Both the position numbers and the translations under genes were made by a program. A stretch of 64,000 bases of DNA from Antedon mediterranea (taxonomy: Eukaryota > Animalia > Echinodermata), in NCBI RefSeq assembly GCF_964355755.1, contig NC_092678.1, forward strand, positions 12,894,352 through 12,958,351, in the 5' to 3' direction. This document shows, piece after piece, positions 1-13,117 of the stretch. Within the stretch, counting starts at the first letter, position 1. Every line of letters starts with the position of its first letter. A model generated the notes under the pieces. The model ran no database searches. It was not told where the DNA came from and was given only the letters and a program-made list of their open reading frames with translations.

Positions 1-74
1 ATTTGAAAGTTAAAGTAGTGAAATTTATTATTACACATGCTTTAGTCAATTCAGTCACAACAATCAGTACTTAC

Positions 75-3000
75 GAAGTAATGGCACTGCAGTCAAAGAA
101 TGTGAAGTCAGTGGAAACAAAATCAACGTCAGTTACAGATGAGTGAACTGATAAAATAACATCTACAAAAGCTGTAAACAAATTATTTAAAGGTTAGCTA
201 CTGTGTAGGCCTAGGCCTTAATTTCAAATACATTTCATGGGTAAATACAATAATTGAAAATTCAATACAAAAATCTCTACAAAAAAACTAAATGTAATAT
301 TTAATTACTTTTTTTCCAGAGGTAGATAGGTTTAAATAGTTGGTGCAAATGACTCCCAAAAATTGCGATGTGCCCATATATGGAGACAATGATTTGGGCA
401 TATCACTACCATATTTGTTTTGTTAATCAAGTTTGATAGTGTAGACAAAGCTTAAGATATCAGTAGGTTGAAACAAGGGTCACTTTAGGGGAATCCCCTT
501 GTTGCCAATGTAGAGTAATGAGTGCATAATTTCTGTAATCCATAGTGTGTACAAAAACCTATTTCCTCATGAGCTATTAATAGTATATACACCTCCTACA
601 GAGGAGAATGCATACCATGTGTGAAATACTAGTACAGCCACTGCTACAGTTATATTAAATAAAGAACAATAAAACAGAAAGTAAAGCATATTACCATGTT
701 TAACTCACCTTGGCTGGTTGGTATATGTGGCACATGTGATAAAGGCGGTGAATTACAAGTTAATGTTTCTCTATCTTTTATTGCAGATGATTGAAAGTCA
801 CCAAATTTACAATTATAATTTTGGTTGATGTTTAAAGGAGGAAGTTGCTCAACAGTTAGAGAAATCTATGAATAAAAACATTTAAACTATCGGTTTATTG
901 GAGTTACATACATATTAAAACATGTTATTAAATAATTGTATAATTCCTTTTGTGAACAAGCATCACAAGCCAGATGTACACTGGATCTCCAGCCAGTTTT
1001 GAGTCCAGAATTATTATGGCCGAGGAGTGGCTTGAACCCTAATATAGATGTGCCGATAATATAGATATAGTTTGTACTAATACCCCTGCCTTAGTAGTGC
1101 TAAAATTCTCCAGTCAATGGCATGTTATTATTATTAAATATTACAAGCCTAGAAAACAAATTTAATAAATTGTTCTTCACAACTTACGCTGATATTTTCA
1201 AAAGTTTGAGGAATAAAAGGTGGTTCAACACTTGTAATCACAATGCATTGTGCACTGTTGCTTGGCAACCAGGGATACTGTTGGCATTCTCTAAATCTGG
1301 TACATCTAAAATAATAAAAGACAAGTGTAAGTGCCATCTGCACTAAAGAAAATTTAAATTCTTGATTTGTATTCAGATTTTTTTAACTGTTTGTATTTAA
1401 AAAAGAGAGATTGAATACAGTAAATAATTAAGCCTGAAATAATGTAGCCTTTAGACAGTACAGTAAACTCATTTCTAATAAGTAATAGTTTATTATTTTA
1501 CAAAAATATCTGAAAAAGTTAAAAAAACTCAAAATCTCCAAACAGATTTTTATTTAAATTTTTTTATTTTTATTTTATTCAATCGAAACCAACAGCGATA
1601 ATTACTGCCACTAACAGGTTTGATACAAACAAAGCCAGGACAGTTTTAAAGCACCTTGATTGGTCCTGACATTGATCAAGGGCTTCTCTCGTCCAGTGCC
1701 CACCTTGACCAGAGGTCTAAGGCAGATACTAGATGCAGGGGCTGCCATAAGAGTCAGCAGTGCGGATTTCAAATGCCTAACGAGACCCCAGCTTCGTATA
1801 CAGCACCCGCTATTCCTAGATGGTCTCCCATCCAAGCTCTAACCAGGCCCAACGTTGCTTAACTTCGGTGATCTGACGAGAACCGGTGTTTCAACGTTGT
1901 CAAATGCATTAGAAAAAGACACTTTAGACAGAGCCCATACAAGATAAAATAATATTTTGGGATTGAAAAAAAGAAAATAATTCTATTTACTTTTTGTGTA
2001 GTGTACACCATCCACAATAAGGATCTGCATCTAGCTGACCTGGTCTGATACACTCATCACATGTGATAAACTGACTGCAGTTTGCTACTGGCAACTTAAC
2101 CAACTAATAACAGGTAATGTGGTAATTATGAAAAATAAAGAAATATTATGAAACATAATCAACAACTAAAACAACAAAAAGTACAAGAAACTTTAAAACT
2201 CAAATTTACCATTACAAACAAGGATCAATTAATGATAATTGTAAAAGTAATGAAAACATTTTATAAACTGTAGGGGTTTAAATTGAATTAAAAAAATGCC
2301 TTATATAGGGTTAAAAACATTATGTAACAAGTATTTAACAAACACCACAACAAACGACAAACAATTAATAAAATAGACTTACCTTTTTAGCTGTGAGTGC
2401 TATTATATAATCAGATGTGTCATCTATAAATGTGTCTGATCTGACCTCTTGACCTGTATCTATGGTGACAGTCTCATACATTCTAGATAAAGTTTTGTTG
2501 GTTAACTCGGCCTGAAAAAACATGTTTCTACATTTAAGCAGTGTTAAAACTAGCCAATATTAGTGACAGAATGCTAATTTAGTAGAACAACCTGTGAATA
2601 AATGCTGCTGACAAATATGCCTCTGTACCTTATCTTAGGTCTTAATATCACCAGTCGTTTTTCTAAATTGATAAAATAGTAGTTTTTATATAAACCATTG
2701 TCGCGTACAGTACTAATTTCATACTAACCTTAATAAGTTGTCCATTATCTGTGCCTATGAATGCTATTGTGCGATTCTCTTCAATTGCTGTAGTAACTGA
2801 TGTTAGTATTTTATCATTAACTGTTAGCAATCCCTCTGATACTGCTGCTTCTGTGTAGGTACCTTGTGAATAAAGTCTGAACAGTGTAGCACCGTTTGCT
2901 GGACACATCAATGACTGAATATCAGCAGCAGTAAAACTGAAAGACTTCATTATAAAAAACAAAACAGTATTATTAACTTGAATTTGTATCAGTTAATAAA

Positions 3001-4258
3001 CTGATTAAATTTTAGAATTATAATAAATCCACTTTTTCACATGTCTTATAATTGAAAACAAACCAGAATGAGTGTTTATAGACTGATTGACTAGTATTGC
3101 CATACTGTAGGATTTAGAAAACACAGCATCTGTCCACATGTTTGAAATAAGGTTCCCACACCAAATAAGTAACAAGACTAAATAATGTAAGTTTGAAAAT
3201 AAATATCATACTTGTGGGCAATTAGCTTCATTTGCATAGTCTAGAGTATGGACATCACTATCAACGTTAAGACATCCATTGAGTGCTTTGAAGAATGCAT
3301 TTTCAATATCATTCCACTTGTAAATACACAATGCAGATTGTCCAGTGGCAACTCCACTTCCATCACCTTTAGCAAACACTCCATACAATACATTATCTCC
3401 AGCTTGTAAGCCTAGTGACGTAGCTAACTGAGCTCCTGCAGGACCCACAGACATGGCTTGTACCAAGTTGTAATCAACATTACTATACACACAGCTGAGG
3501 TATATCTCGGATAATGTATCAAATGAATTTTCTTGACAAACACGACTCAGTCGTGAATGAAAGTAATCAGTATCATCAGGTCTAAATGCAGCAAAGTAAG
3601 TATATCCTTCATAATCAAATGCAATTTTGAATTGCACAGGTTTACTGTAAGAATGTATGATGGCATTAAATGGAGTAAAAGTTTGAAATATTCTATCTGT
3701 TTTAAGACTCCTTCTGGAATGAATATGTCTGTAAGAATATTTAGTAGGATTCAATGATGTATGCCCAGATGACATATATAAAACATTTTGTTTGATATAA
3801 CGGTCATATTGCTTATCATCATCACTCAACACACCAGGAGCAATGATTCCAACTGCTGACAGTTCACTCACTATTCTATCTTTCATATCACTTCCATCAA
3901 AACTTAAATCCACAAGAGATCTTCCTTCACATCTTCCATTGTTTCCTCCTCCACACGTGATCAATCGTTCACGATCATAATCAATTTCTAATATTTTATT
4001 AATGTTATCACAATCATCTGATGAACATGTTGAAATATTAGCACTGATGTTAAAATCCTCTGACAGTCTGTACAGTGAGTTGTAAGCTCCTATGTAGATA
4101 TCTCCTGTTGTACTATGTATTTTGACATGGTACAGATCTTCATTTTCATGAGGTTTAAATTCAAGTAACACATCATTGTCGAATGCTTCGATGCTTGGCA
4201 GAAATGTTGAAGAATATAGCAGAAATGCAAAAATGTTGAACAATGTTGGCAAACCCAT
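75..4258 (-). CDS. Plexin-like receptor, paralog 1 (5' part; continues beyond window start)
   Basis: Exons read by hand with GT-AG boundaries and consistent phase: 4258-3212, 2944-2729, 2511-2383, 2103-1991, 1305-1188, 865-709, 171-75. They encode a signal peptide, a Sema domain (SRLSRVC, YNLVQA, SALCIY motifs) and PSI ([17 protein letters not shown]). Exon sizes 129/113/118/157/97 match paralog 2. Confidence 0.9.
1560..1899 (-). mobile_element. 5S rRNA-derived SINE (SINE3), 5'-truncated
   Basis: 1899-1797 reads as a 5S rRNA sequence (..CACCGGTTCTCGTCAGATCACCGAAGTTAAGCAACG..CTTGGATGGGAGACC..GGAATAGCGGGTGCTGTA). It is followed by an unrelated body and an A-rich tail. It is absent from the homologous intron of paralog 2 (~38730). 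Confidence 0.85.
3212..4258 (-). CDS. Large first coding exon of plexin-like paralog 1 (signal peptide + most of Sema domain)
   Basis: ORF 3206..4258. Acceptor AG at 4286-4285 upstream of the ATG, which implies a non-coding upstream exon. Donor GT at 3211-3210. Confidence 0.92.
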
Positions 4259-4559
4259 ATTTAAAGTTGAGAGAACGTCATTACCTTATAAAAAAAAATA
4301 ACAAAACACTACTTTAAAATACGAAATACAATGAATCATTAATGATTAAGTTTTATATGCCTGTACTGAATAGCATTGTACTACCTATACTCATTAATTA
4401 AAAAGCTAAAACTGGATTGTACTAAGATTGATTTTTTGACAAGACCAACAAGCATAGAAAAATATCCCACACAGATAATATTGCTCATTTCAGATTACAT
4501 GCTGGACTGATAGTTAAGTACAGTATGTATAGTATCAGTATAGTATCAATTTTGTCTAA

Positions 4560-4868
4560 TACCCTTTTTCTGCATAAATTTGTATAACTTGTAACAACTT
4601 GTAACCAGTGTTTAATCTCCTGATTTATTGCACATTTTCATACACGCATATGCTGGGAAATATCGGGAGGAAAGTGTACAGTAGTTGCACGCTATTTGAT
4701 TACTATGATTGGTCAGTTTAATACCAGGGCAATACATATGCGCACAGAACAAACACAGGCCTCTCTCTGTGTTTTTCTCCCGAGATCCTGTTCACACTAT
4801 GCAAAACTGGTTACAACTTCTTACATTATAAAGTTGTTACATTACATTTTGCAATGTGAAAAGGGTAT
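4560..4868. mobile_element. Small MITE-like inverted-repeat element
   Basis: Ends TACCCTTTT / AAAAGGGTA, plus internal inverted matches (TTGTAACCAGT / ACTGGTTACAA). Confidence 0.5.
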
Positions 4869-7800
4869 AACTAACTAAGTTTCGAACAGTCAAACAATTT
4901 GAAGATTTATTTTGGGTTCTCCACTTAAAACTGGTTTATTTTTATGTAATAAATATTTATTGATAAGTATCTCTGATGGATGTACAGTTACCATCAGCCA
5001 ACCTATGTAAAAAATGGAATAAATTCAATTTCTTTTTCTTCAATTTATTACTGTACAATTAGACTTAGTACATTACACTGTTGCAATATTATCAAGACGA
5101 TTAATACAAAAACCAAACAAAGTTAAACAGAGACCAGAAGCTTCTACGAGAAAAAGCTTGATTATGAACAATTTAATTAACTTATAAAATTGTATAATTC
5201 GGAAAGTCATATGGATATCATTTTTTAATTTAATTCTATATCCACATTGTATAGTAATATATCTAAAAAAAAGATAAGAGATAAGATAAGATAAAGGTAT
5301 GGTAAAATTGCATTACGTTATAATCAGCCAATGGGGTGCTGGTATGTGTGTGACGTCATCGTATAAGGACTTTGGATTTTTTTTCATATCGCAAAAACAG
5401 TGATCAACCGGCAACTTAACATTTTCTTTATGCTTCATTTATCGCTATTATCGCCGTCGTGTGATACTAAATGTAGCCTACGTCTGTTATTATTGAAAGG
5501 CCAAAACAAGTTGATTTTAATTCTAGAATACAGAAAATCGTTTTAAAAGAGGCCTACTACGTACTATAACCATGCTATAACCTATAGCCTCAGTATATCA
5601 ATCTGTTAGGAAACCTAGGCGACGAGGAAGAAGAGAGGAATTCGAGTTAAACTTAGAAATCGTAAGTTTAATTCTCCACTCCCCTCAGTTATCCTAGGAA
5701 ATACACAATCACTTCGAAATAAAGTCGACGAGTTGAAGTCATGTACGGATCATCTGTTCAAGTTCAGAGAATCGAATTTGATGTGTTTCACTGAAACATG
5801 GTTTAAAGATAGTGACTTAGAATGTGATTCAAGAATTGATGGTTTTACTTGTATCAGAGCTGATAGATCTATAGAGTCCGGGAAAAATTGTGGTGGTAGA
5901 GTATGCGTGTATGTAAATAATCGCTGGTGTAAAAACATTTCCGTCAAGAAACGAATATGTTCTGAAAATATTGAACTTTTGACTGTAGCACTCCGCCGTT
6001 CTATCTCCCACGCAAAATAAACTATATTTATGTTACCTTGGTTTATATACCACCAACAATGTTCTGGGTTGACCAACTAGCATTGGTGTTTAGCACCTGT
6101 TTGGTCTTTCCTGCCTCCTTTTATAATTGTTTTGTCTTCTTTGTTTATGTATATGGCAGAAATTGAATAAATAAAAAAAAAAAATAAATAAAAACAGCTG
6201 ATACTAGAGTTGCTACAAATTATCTATGAAGTTAACAATGATTGCAAATCGAAATCACCAGACGCGTTTAAACTTATACTTGGCGACTTTAACGCTTGTG
6301 AAATTAAAGGTACGTTCCCGCATTATCAACAGTACATTACTTTTCCGACTAGAGGCAACAATATACTTGATAAATGCTATGGAAGTAGTATCAAAGGACA
6401 AGGTGCTTACAAAGCGAACGCTAAAGCAGGCCTGGGTCGATCAGATCATAGTATTATTCACCTAATACCCAAGTATAAGCAGAAACTGAAACAACGCAAG
6501 CCTGAAATCAAGAAAGTTAAAGTTTGGACTGATGAGACGATTGATGAACTCAAGTGCTGTATTGAGTCTACAAATTGGGACATTTTTGTAAATCCACATT
6601 CGATTGATGAGACAACCGATGCTATAAGTAGCTATTTAAATTTTTGTATTATATCTTGTGTTAAGGAGAAAACTATTAAAGTCTATCCAAATTCCAAGCC
6701 TAGGATTAATAAAGATATTAAAAGATTACATAGATTAAAACAAACTGCTGTAAATAATAATGATTACGATCAAAAGAAAATAGTTCAATTGCACTTAGAT
6801 AAGTTGATTAAAGATGGGAAGCGAAAGTTTGGCGAGAAGATTAGGGATAGTTTTAAAAATGGTAATCCCAAGAGTGCATGGAATGGTTTAAAATCTATTA
6901 TTGTTAATGATAAGAGAAAGAAAATGGTTATTCCGTCAGATGTTGAACCTTGTGATTTTGCAAATAAGCTTAATGAATTTTTTAACAGGCTGGTTTGATA
7001 TTAACGAATTGGAAGATGAACTCATAACATTGAAAGAATCATTGATAAGATGTACAGTATGATAATGAAAATGCTTTTGATGATTTTAGAGTAAATGTAT
7101 TAGATGTTGAAAACATTTTTTAATGTACAAAGGAAAGGAAGTCTGCTGGGGCAGATCAAATTGTTGGGAAGGTGCTAAAATTATTTTGTAAGGATCTTGC
7201 GCCGATTTTCACTGACATCTTTAATTGGTCGCTAGAGAGTGGCAAGGTTCCCAAGTTATGGAAATCTGCAAATATTACTCGGCTAAATAAGGTTACTCAA
7301 CCTAAAGGTATGAATGACTATAGGCCCATTGCATTAACATCGCTTGTTATGAAGAGTTTTGAAAGATTGATTAAAAACAAGTTAATTAAAGAAACAAAGA
7401 ATCAAGCGGACCCATACCAATTTGCTTATTGTTCAAACAGAAGCGTAGAGGATGCTACTTTGTGTCTCTTACAACCAATCTATGAGCACTTAGATAAGGC
7501 AAAGTGTTATGTAAGATCATTGTTTATTGACTACAGTTCCGCTTTCAATACTATTCGGCCAAGTGTACTATTGAGGAAGCTGATGACAATGAATGTAAAT
7601 CCTTATTTATGTTCATGGATAAGCAATTTTGTTACTGGTAGAAGTCAACGAGTTACGGTTAACAATTTTTATTCAAATTATATTGACTCTAATACTGGAA
7701 CACCGCAAGGATGTGTGTTATCCCCACTTTTATTTATTTTCAATATATGTTAGTGATTTAAGATGTAATGTTAATTCCTGTAACATTATCAAGTTTGCGG

Positions 7801-8366
7801 ATGACATGTGTTTGTTGAATGGTCTTATTACAGGAGGGGATGAATTTGTATATAGAGAAGAAGTAACAAGGGTTTTAGATCTGTGTAATACTAATTATTT
7901 GTATTAATTCTAAAAAAACCAAAGAGCTTATATTTGACTTCAGAAGAAATGTTAATCACATTCCACTTGTTATTGACGGAAATTATGTTGAAAATCCAGA
8001 GTCTCATAAATATTTAGGGGTTTGGATAGATACGAATCGGTGCTAAGTGTATGCTAAAGGTGTTCAACAACTGTATTCCTTAAGGAAGTTGAAACAATAT
8101 AATATAGGCCGTGATTCTTTATTTCTTTTTTATCAAAGTGTTATTCAATCTGTTTTAAGCTTTTGCTGTGTTACTTGGGTAAATGGTCTAACAAAGAAAA
8201 ATTTGAGTAAGTTAAACAGAATAGTTAGGAATGCAAGCAAAATTACTGGTGTCGAAATTAAAGGTATCGCACAAAATGTGTAATGATGGAATGATATCTA
8301 AATTAAATAGTATTTTAGCTGATGAATCTCATATTCTCAACAATAAGTTAGTAGTTACCAGATCTG

Positions 8367-11288
8367 CAGGCCTCGAATTTTACCGCGGCCACCGCCGTCG
8401 GTGCCCTCCCAGTTGGCCTCAATGCCCTCGAAAATGAATAGCACCCACGGCCACTACTGGCCTGCCCTTTTTTTGCGTTGGCCGCGAGCGATTTTTTTTT
8501 TCGTACATAAGTTGGGGACCCCATCATGAAACGTCACAAAATAAACATGAATAATTCATCAGTTAAATTTTCTTGTTCCGTGTGCACCCAAGCGTATAGC
8601 AACAAGAAGTGATTACACAAGTGCGGTACGATTCTAGGCCTATCTCCGCTGATTTCATAATAGAATAGCGGAGTTTTGTGTGGGTTGTCGAAATAATCAG
8701 CCTTTTTAGTTTATGGTGTTTTTAATATAGTTTATTACTAAAGAATTACGTGTTAAAATTATAGTTCCTATTGATACTATTAGGCCTAATTACTAGTCTC
8801 TAAACCCCTGTATATTCTAGAGTAGTGGGTGTGTGTGACTTGTGTCTTTGGGCTATGTCCAATTACTACTTAGTTTAATGTCTTGCCTAGCTGTCGATTA
8901 GCCTCGACACATTTTGCATAGTGGACGTGTGTGTGAAGAAGAGTGCGCGAAGGCAATATCATGAATTGACCTAGAATCCTAGGCCTATTATTGTAGAAAG
9001 AATCGTATCGCAGTTGTTGTTTCGTGTGCACCCAAGCGTTCTTGGACATAGCCCAAAGAAAGCTTAGACCCACAAGAATAAAGAATGTGTATAATTTGTG
9101 TACTGTATTTTTTTAATTCTGCTATCAATTATCAAACAATATGCAATGTACTCAAAGGAACTTTAAAAATGCGCGTATATGAACACATGAGATGGGAAGA
9201 TTTGACCCACGAGAATAAAAAATGTATTTTTGTGTAATGTTTATTGTTTAATTTTGCTGACTTATTACTCGGATTGTGTCATACCAAAGATAGTGTAACT
9301 ATCTTTGGTCATACCAGGGAGTTGTTAACTCCCTGGTCATACCTAACACACACACACGTCACACACATCCACACAGCTACTACTAGAATAGACATGGGTT
9401 TAGAGACTAATAATTAGGCCTAATAGTATTAATAGAAACTATAATTTTAACACGTAATTCTTTAGTAATAAACTATATTAAAAACACCATAAACTAAAGG
9501 CCGATTATTTCGACAATCCACACAAAACGCCGCTATTATTCTTCAACAGCGGAGATAGGCCTAGAATCGTACCGCACTTGTGTAATCACTTCTTGTTGCT
9601 ATACGCTTGGGTGCACACGGAACAAGAAAATTTAACTGATGAATTATTCATGTTTATTTTGTGACGTTTCATGAGGGGGTCCCCAACTTATGTACGAAAA
9701 AAAAAATCGCTGGCCGCGAGTGCCCTTCCCGAGTTTTACCACAATAAAAACCACTGAATTAGATAGAAAATAATGTCAAGAAGATTTGTTTACACGACTC
9801 GGACGAGACGCAAAACTATCGCCTGTCTTCGTTGCAAGGGGATTTCCCTAAACGCATTTATTAATACACAAACAGTAAACAAAACATCGAACATTGCAAG
9901 GGTAACCAAAACAATATCATCCCGGCCGCCGTGCGTGGTAAATAATGGTATAGATAGTACATTAAAATACAGGGGTGTAAACTTTTAATAATCAAGCTAA
10001 AAACGTTCCTCGATCGGAGGTTACTGAAAGTATTAAAGTCGCACAACAATCGAGCTAGCCGCCTTCGATGAAAAAAATATTACACGCACTCCTAGCTAGC
10101 CTAGCCTATCCTCCCGCCGCCGATCCGGTCGAACACACGCAATTCAATGCATTTGGGAAAACAATTCTATTTGACGCACACGCACCCTCTGATAAGAAAA
10201 CGTCGTGTGAGAGTACCACGCGCGAAGGATCGGCGGATCGTTGGAAAAACAATTCCTTTTGACGTACACGCACCCTCTGAGAAGAAAATACCATGTGCGT
10301 TCCTGCATGGTGTAGTCCATTATACGTGTAAAATTAGGGGTGTTTACCTTTAGCACCAAAGTTAAACCTGCACCTCAACCCGAAGATCGTTGGAAGTATA
10401 TCATATTTATATTTTATCGCACCCACCTCAATAATCCAGCAGACAGATCATCGAAAAATCTTGTTTAACAACGTCGTACACTAAATTACCAAACGCGTTT
10501 TTACCGAATTCAAGGAAATGGTATAGTCCAGAATACACGTGCCGAAGGCTAAACAGAGAGAGAAAGGGGTCGGTGTCCGTCGTGTTTTTGAATTCCTATA
10601 AATATGGGTTATACTAACAAAAAAGCTTCAGAAATCGAAACTCGGAAAATAACTATAATTTATATTCTACTACATAATGTAATTGGCTTTATTTTTACCG
10701 TGGTTAACACTCTGTGTATGAATAGTTGTAGGTAAGGCCTACAAACAAATTGTTTTTGTATCATGTTTTCTCCGTCGGCTGCTAGCTAAGTAAGGCTAAG
10801 TAGCTTGCTGTTGGAAGGGTTTTTATACCTTTTCCGGGCCTTACTTGGTTGGCTTCACATGCCTTTTTATCGCATTATTTGAAACTAAACGAAACATTCA
10901 ACACAGGACGGTAAACTATAAACGCTAAACATCGTACCTATTTATTATTTATATAGATCGTAAATACACGTAATATTTATATGAAATACAAAAAGATGTA
11001 TTGTAGACAGTCCTACTACTACTCCGCGATCTGATGAATAGGGGGAAATCCCAAAACATTTTGCGGGTAGAATTTTTTTTTTGGAAAAAAATTCCACCCT
11101 CAACCGGAAACAAGCTATTTTTAAATTTTGGCCTAGTTATTAAAATATTTTTTAATTTTGGCCTTGGTGCCCCTTTGATTTAAAACAAATGGCCTTGGTG
11201 CCCTCCCATTTGGCCTTGGTGCCCCTAAAATCAATGAAAACCGGAGGCCAAATGGCCTTGCCCCTAAAATCCCCAAATTCGAGGCCTG
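8367..11288. mobile_element. Non-autonomous DNA transposon, CAGG termini, 6-bp TSD (hAT6-like)
   Basis: TIR CAGGCCTCGAATTT / AAATTCGAGGCCTG. TSD GATCTG at 8361-8366 and 11289-11294. GGCCTTGGTGCCC subterminal repeats. Confidence 0.85.
8488..9710. mobile_element. Mutator-like foldback MITE (family M1)
   Basis: Long TIRs starting GCGATTTTTTTTTTCGTACATAAGTTGGGG. Perfect 9-bp TSD TGGCCGCGA (8479-8487, 9711-9719). Confidence 0.88.
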
Positions 11289-12199
11289 GATCTGGTAGAT
11301 TAACAACAATTTCAGTAAAAACAAATAGACATAAATGTTCATTCTTACCTAGTGCTATTAGACTATACAACAGTGAGTTTCAAAGATAGGTCATTAGGTC
11401 TGTTGTATTTTTTATTGCTGATCATTTGTTCTTGTTAGTTCCAAGTTGATCACGAATGTAAATATTATGTGTGTATTGTTTTGGTTGTGTTTTTCTGCCA
11501 AGAAAACAATTATCATTATACTATGTATGAATGACTTAATAAATCAAATCTGAATCTATATTTGTTTGCCAGGCTGGGCCAGCTGCATGTGTGCGCTGAT
11601 TTCTGTGACTGAGACCTGGGGAAAGGCCTACTGTCTAAATCATAGTATTTGAGGGCCCTTTTATTGTCCGCATTTGCTTTTTGTTTATGGTCACCATCTG
11701 TAAACGAAATTTAATAAAAAAATATAGGCCTAAATAGGCCTAGGCGATTTGGAATAAAAATAAAATCCTCATATAGTAACTATGAACGAACATTGCCAGG
11801 TCTACTGAGTCACAGAATCAGCGCACACATCCATGCAACCTGGTGCCGCCGGTAGGCATTCTCTACAGACGCGATGTGAAAAAAATCCTTATACGATGAC
11901 GTCACACACGTACAAGCACTCTATTGGTCGATTATGACATAATGCAATTTTACTATATCTTTAGTAAACGGAAGTTAGGATATGGTACCCGTATCTTTAG
12001 CCACGGCGAAAATGATTTAGGCCTAGGCCTAGGGCCTAGTGTTAAAAACCGAACTGTTAATAGTGTTAACAATAAAGATCAATTTCACATATTGCATTTT
12101 TGTAGAAACAGCATTAGTTAGGGTAGCTACAGTACAGTAAGCTAGGCTATTGTATATGGGGCGGCGCCAAACAAATGGGACGTTCATGTTCAACATTAA

Positions 12200-12565
12200 A
12201 TAGGCTATATAGGCATTAGGCCTAGGTAAGGTAGCATACCCATACATCATCATATAGAATTATAGGCTATCTATAGCTTACCTACATACATACGTAACAT
12301 AGGCTAGCACCTAGCTAGTTAGGCTTGGGTAGTAGGCTAGGGCCTTAGCTGGCCTAGCCCCCTTCTTAGGCCTATATGATGGCTAGGTCTAGTCAGGCCT
12401 ATCCTAGAGGGCCAGGCCTAGCTAGGCCTATCCTAGAGGGTTAGGCCTAGCTAGGCCTCTAGGCTAGCCTAGGCCTAGGCTTACCTAGGCCTAGCTTAGC
12501 CTAGGCTAGTAGAAGTAGGCCTAGGCCTCCTAGGCTAGGCCTAGCCGTAGCTAGGCTAGGCCTAA
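12200..12565. repeat. TAGGCC/CTAG-rich low-complexity palindromic tract
   Basis: Dense interspersed TAGGCCTA and GCTAG units. Confidence 0.8.
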
Positions 12566-13117
12566 GAAGAGGGATCCCGAAGTAAGTAGGGTAGGAATAA
12601 GATTAGAGTTAGAAAAATAGAATTTACTTTTAGCCCAGTTTTGTTCACCAACATCCAAGAGTTTTTCACACGAAAATCCAAATTATTGCTGTAGCCTTAG
12701 GCTATGCCCTATTTTAACAAGTAACCAACAAAAGTAAGTCAGATTCGATTCGATCGTTTCTCTCTCCTCCTCCTGCTGGGTCACGTCCCCTCTGATGTAC
12801 GTCTCCACCTACTACTACCTCCTCGCGCAAATCACATTATAAGTAGTTTGTTTTGGTTTATAATAGAGAGGGCAGCATTATAAGTTTACCGATCTTCAGA
12901 TTAAAACCAATCAAACGCAATCCAGCTTTGATCCAATGTGCTTATCAAAGTTATTCAGTTGCTTTAGACAGTTTTTAAAATCACATAAGCAAATATTTAC
13001 TTATTTGTTTTTAATACCTTTTTAAAAATATATTTTATAATTTTGTTATTATTAAATCTTAGATGACGAAGTTTATTTTATAAGACAACAAAATTGATTT
13101 GGAATAGGCGACGCACT

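Larger units (their letters stand above)
5393..11557 (+). mobile_element. Rex1/Babar (CR1 group)-like LINE, degenerate: APE endonuclease + reverse transcriptase; interrupted at 8367-11288
   Basis: Frameshifted ORFs: CFTETW, GGRVCVYVNNRWC and ILGDFN (APE); NDYRPIALTS, FIDYSSAFNTI, GTPQGCVLSP and IKFADD (RT). The C-terminus SGRL..RHKCSFLPSAIRLYN resumes at 11289 once the insertion is removed. A short poly(A)-tailed insert lies at ~6058-6193. Confidence 0.9.
5292..11963. mobile_element. MITE with ~100-bp TIRs, split apart by a LINE insertion
   Basis: 5292-5392 (TAAAGGTATGGTAAAATTGCATTA..GTGACGTCATCGTATAAGGA..ATCGC) is the inverted match of ~11870-11963. The remaining internal part lies at 11560-11870. 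Confidence 0.65.

Noticed and set aside
1797-1899. Functional 5S rRNA gene
   Set aside because: It is 5'-truncated, carries substitutions, and continues into a SINE body and poly(A) tail.
12620-12850. Possible promoter and non-coding first exon of paralog 1 (and likewise ~21260-21320 for paralog 2)
   Set aside because: Only donor-like and CpG-containing motifs are visible, which cannot be supported without transcript data.
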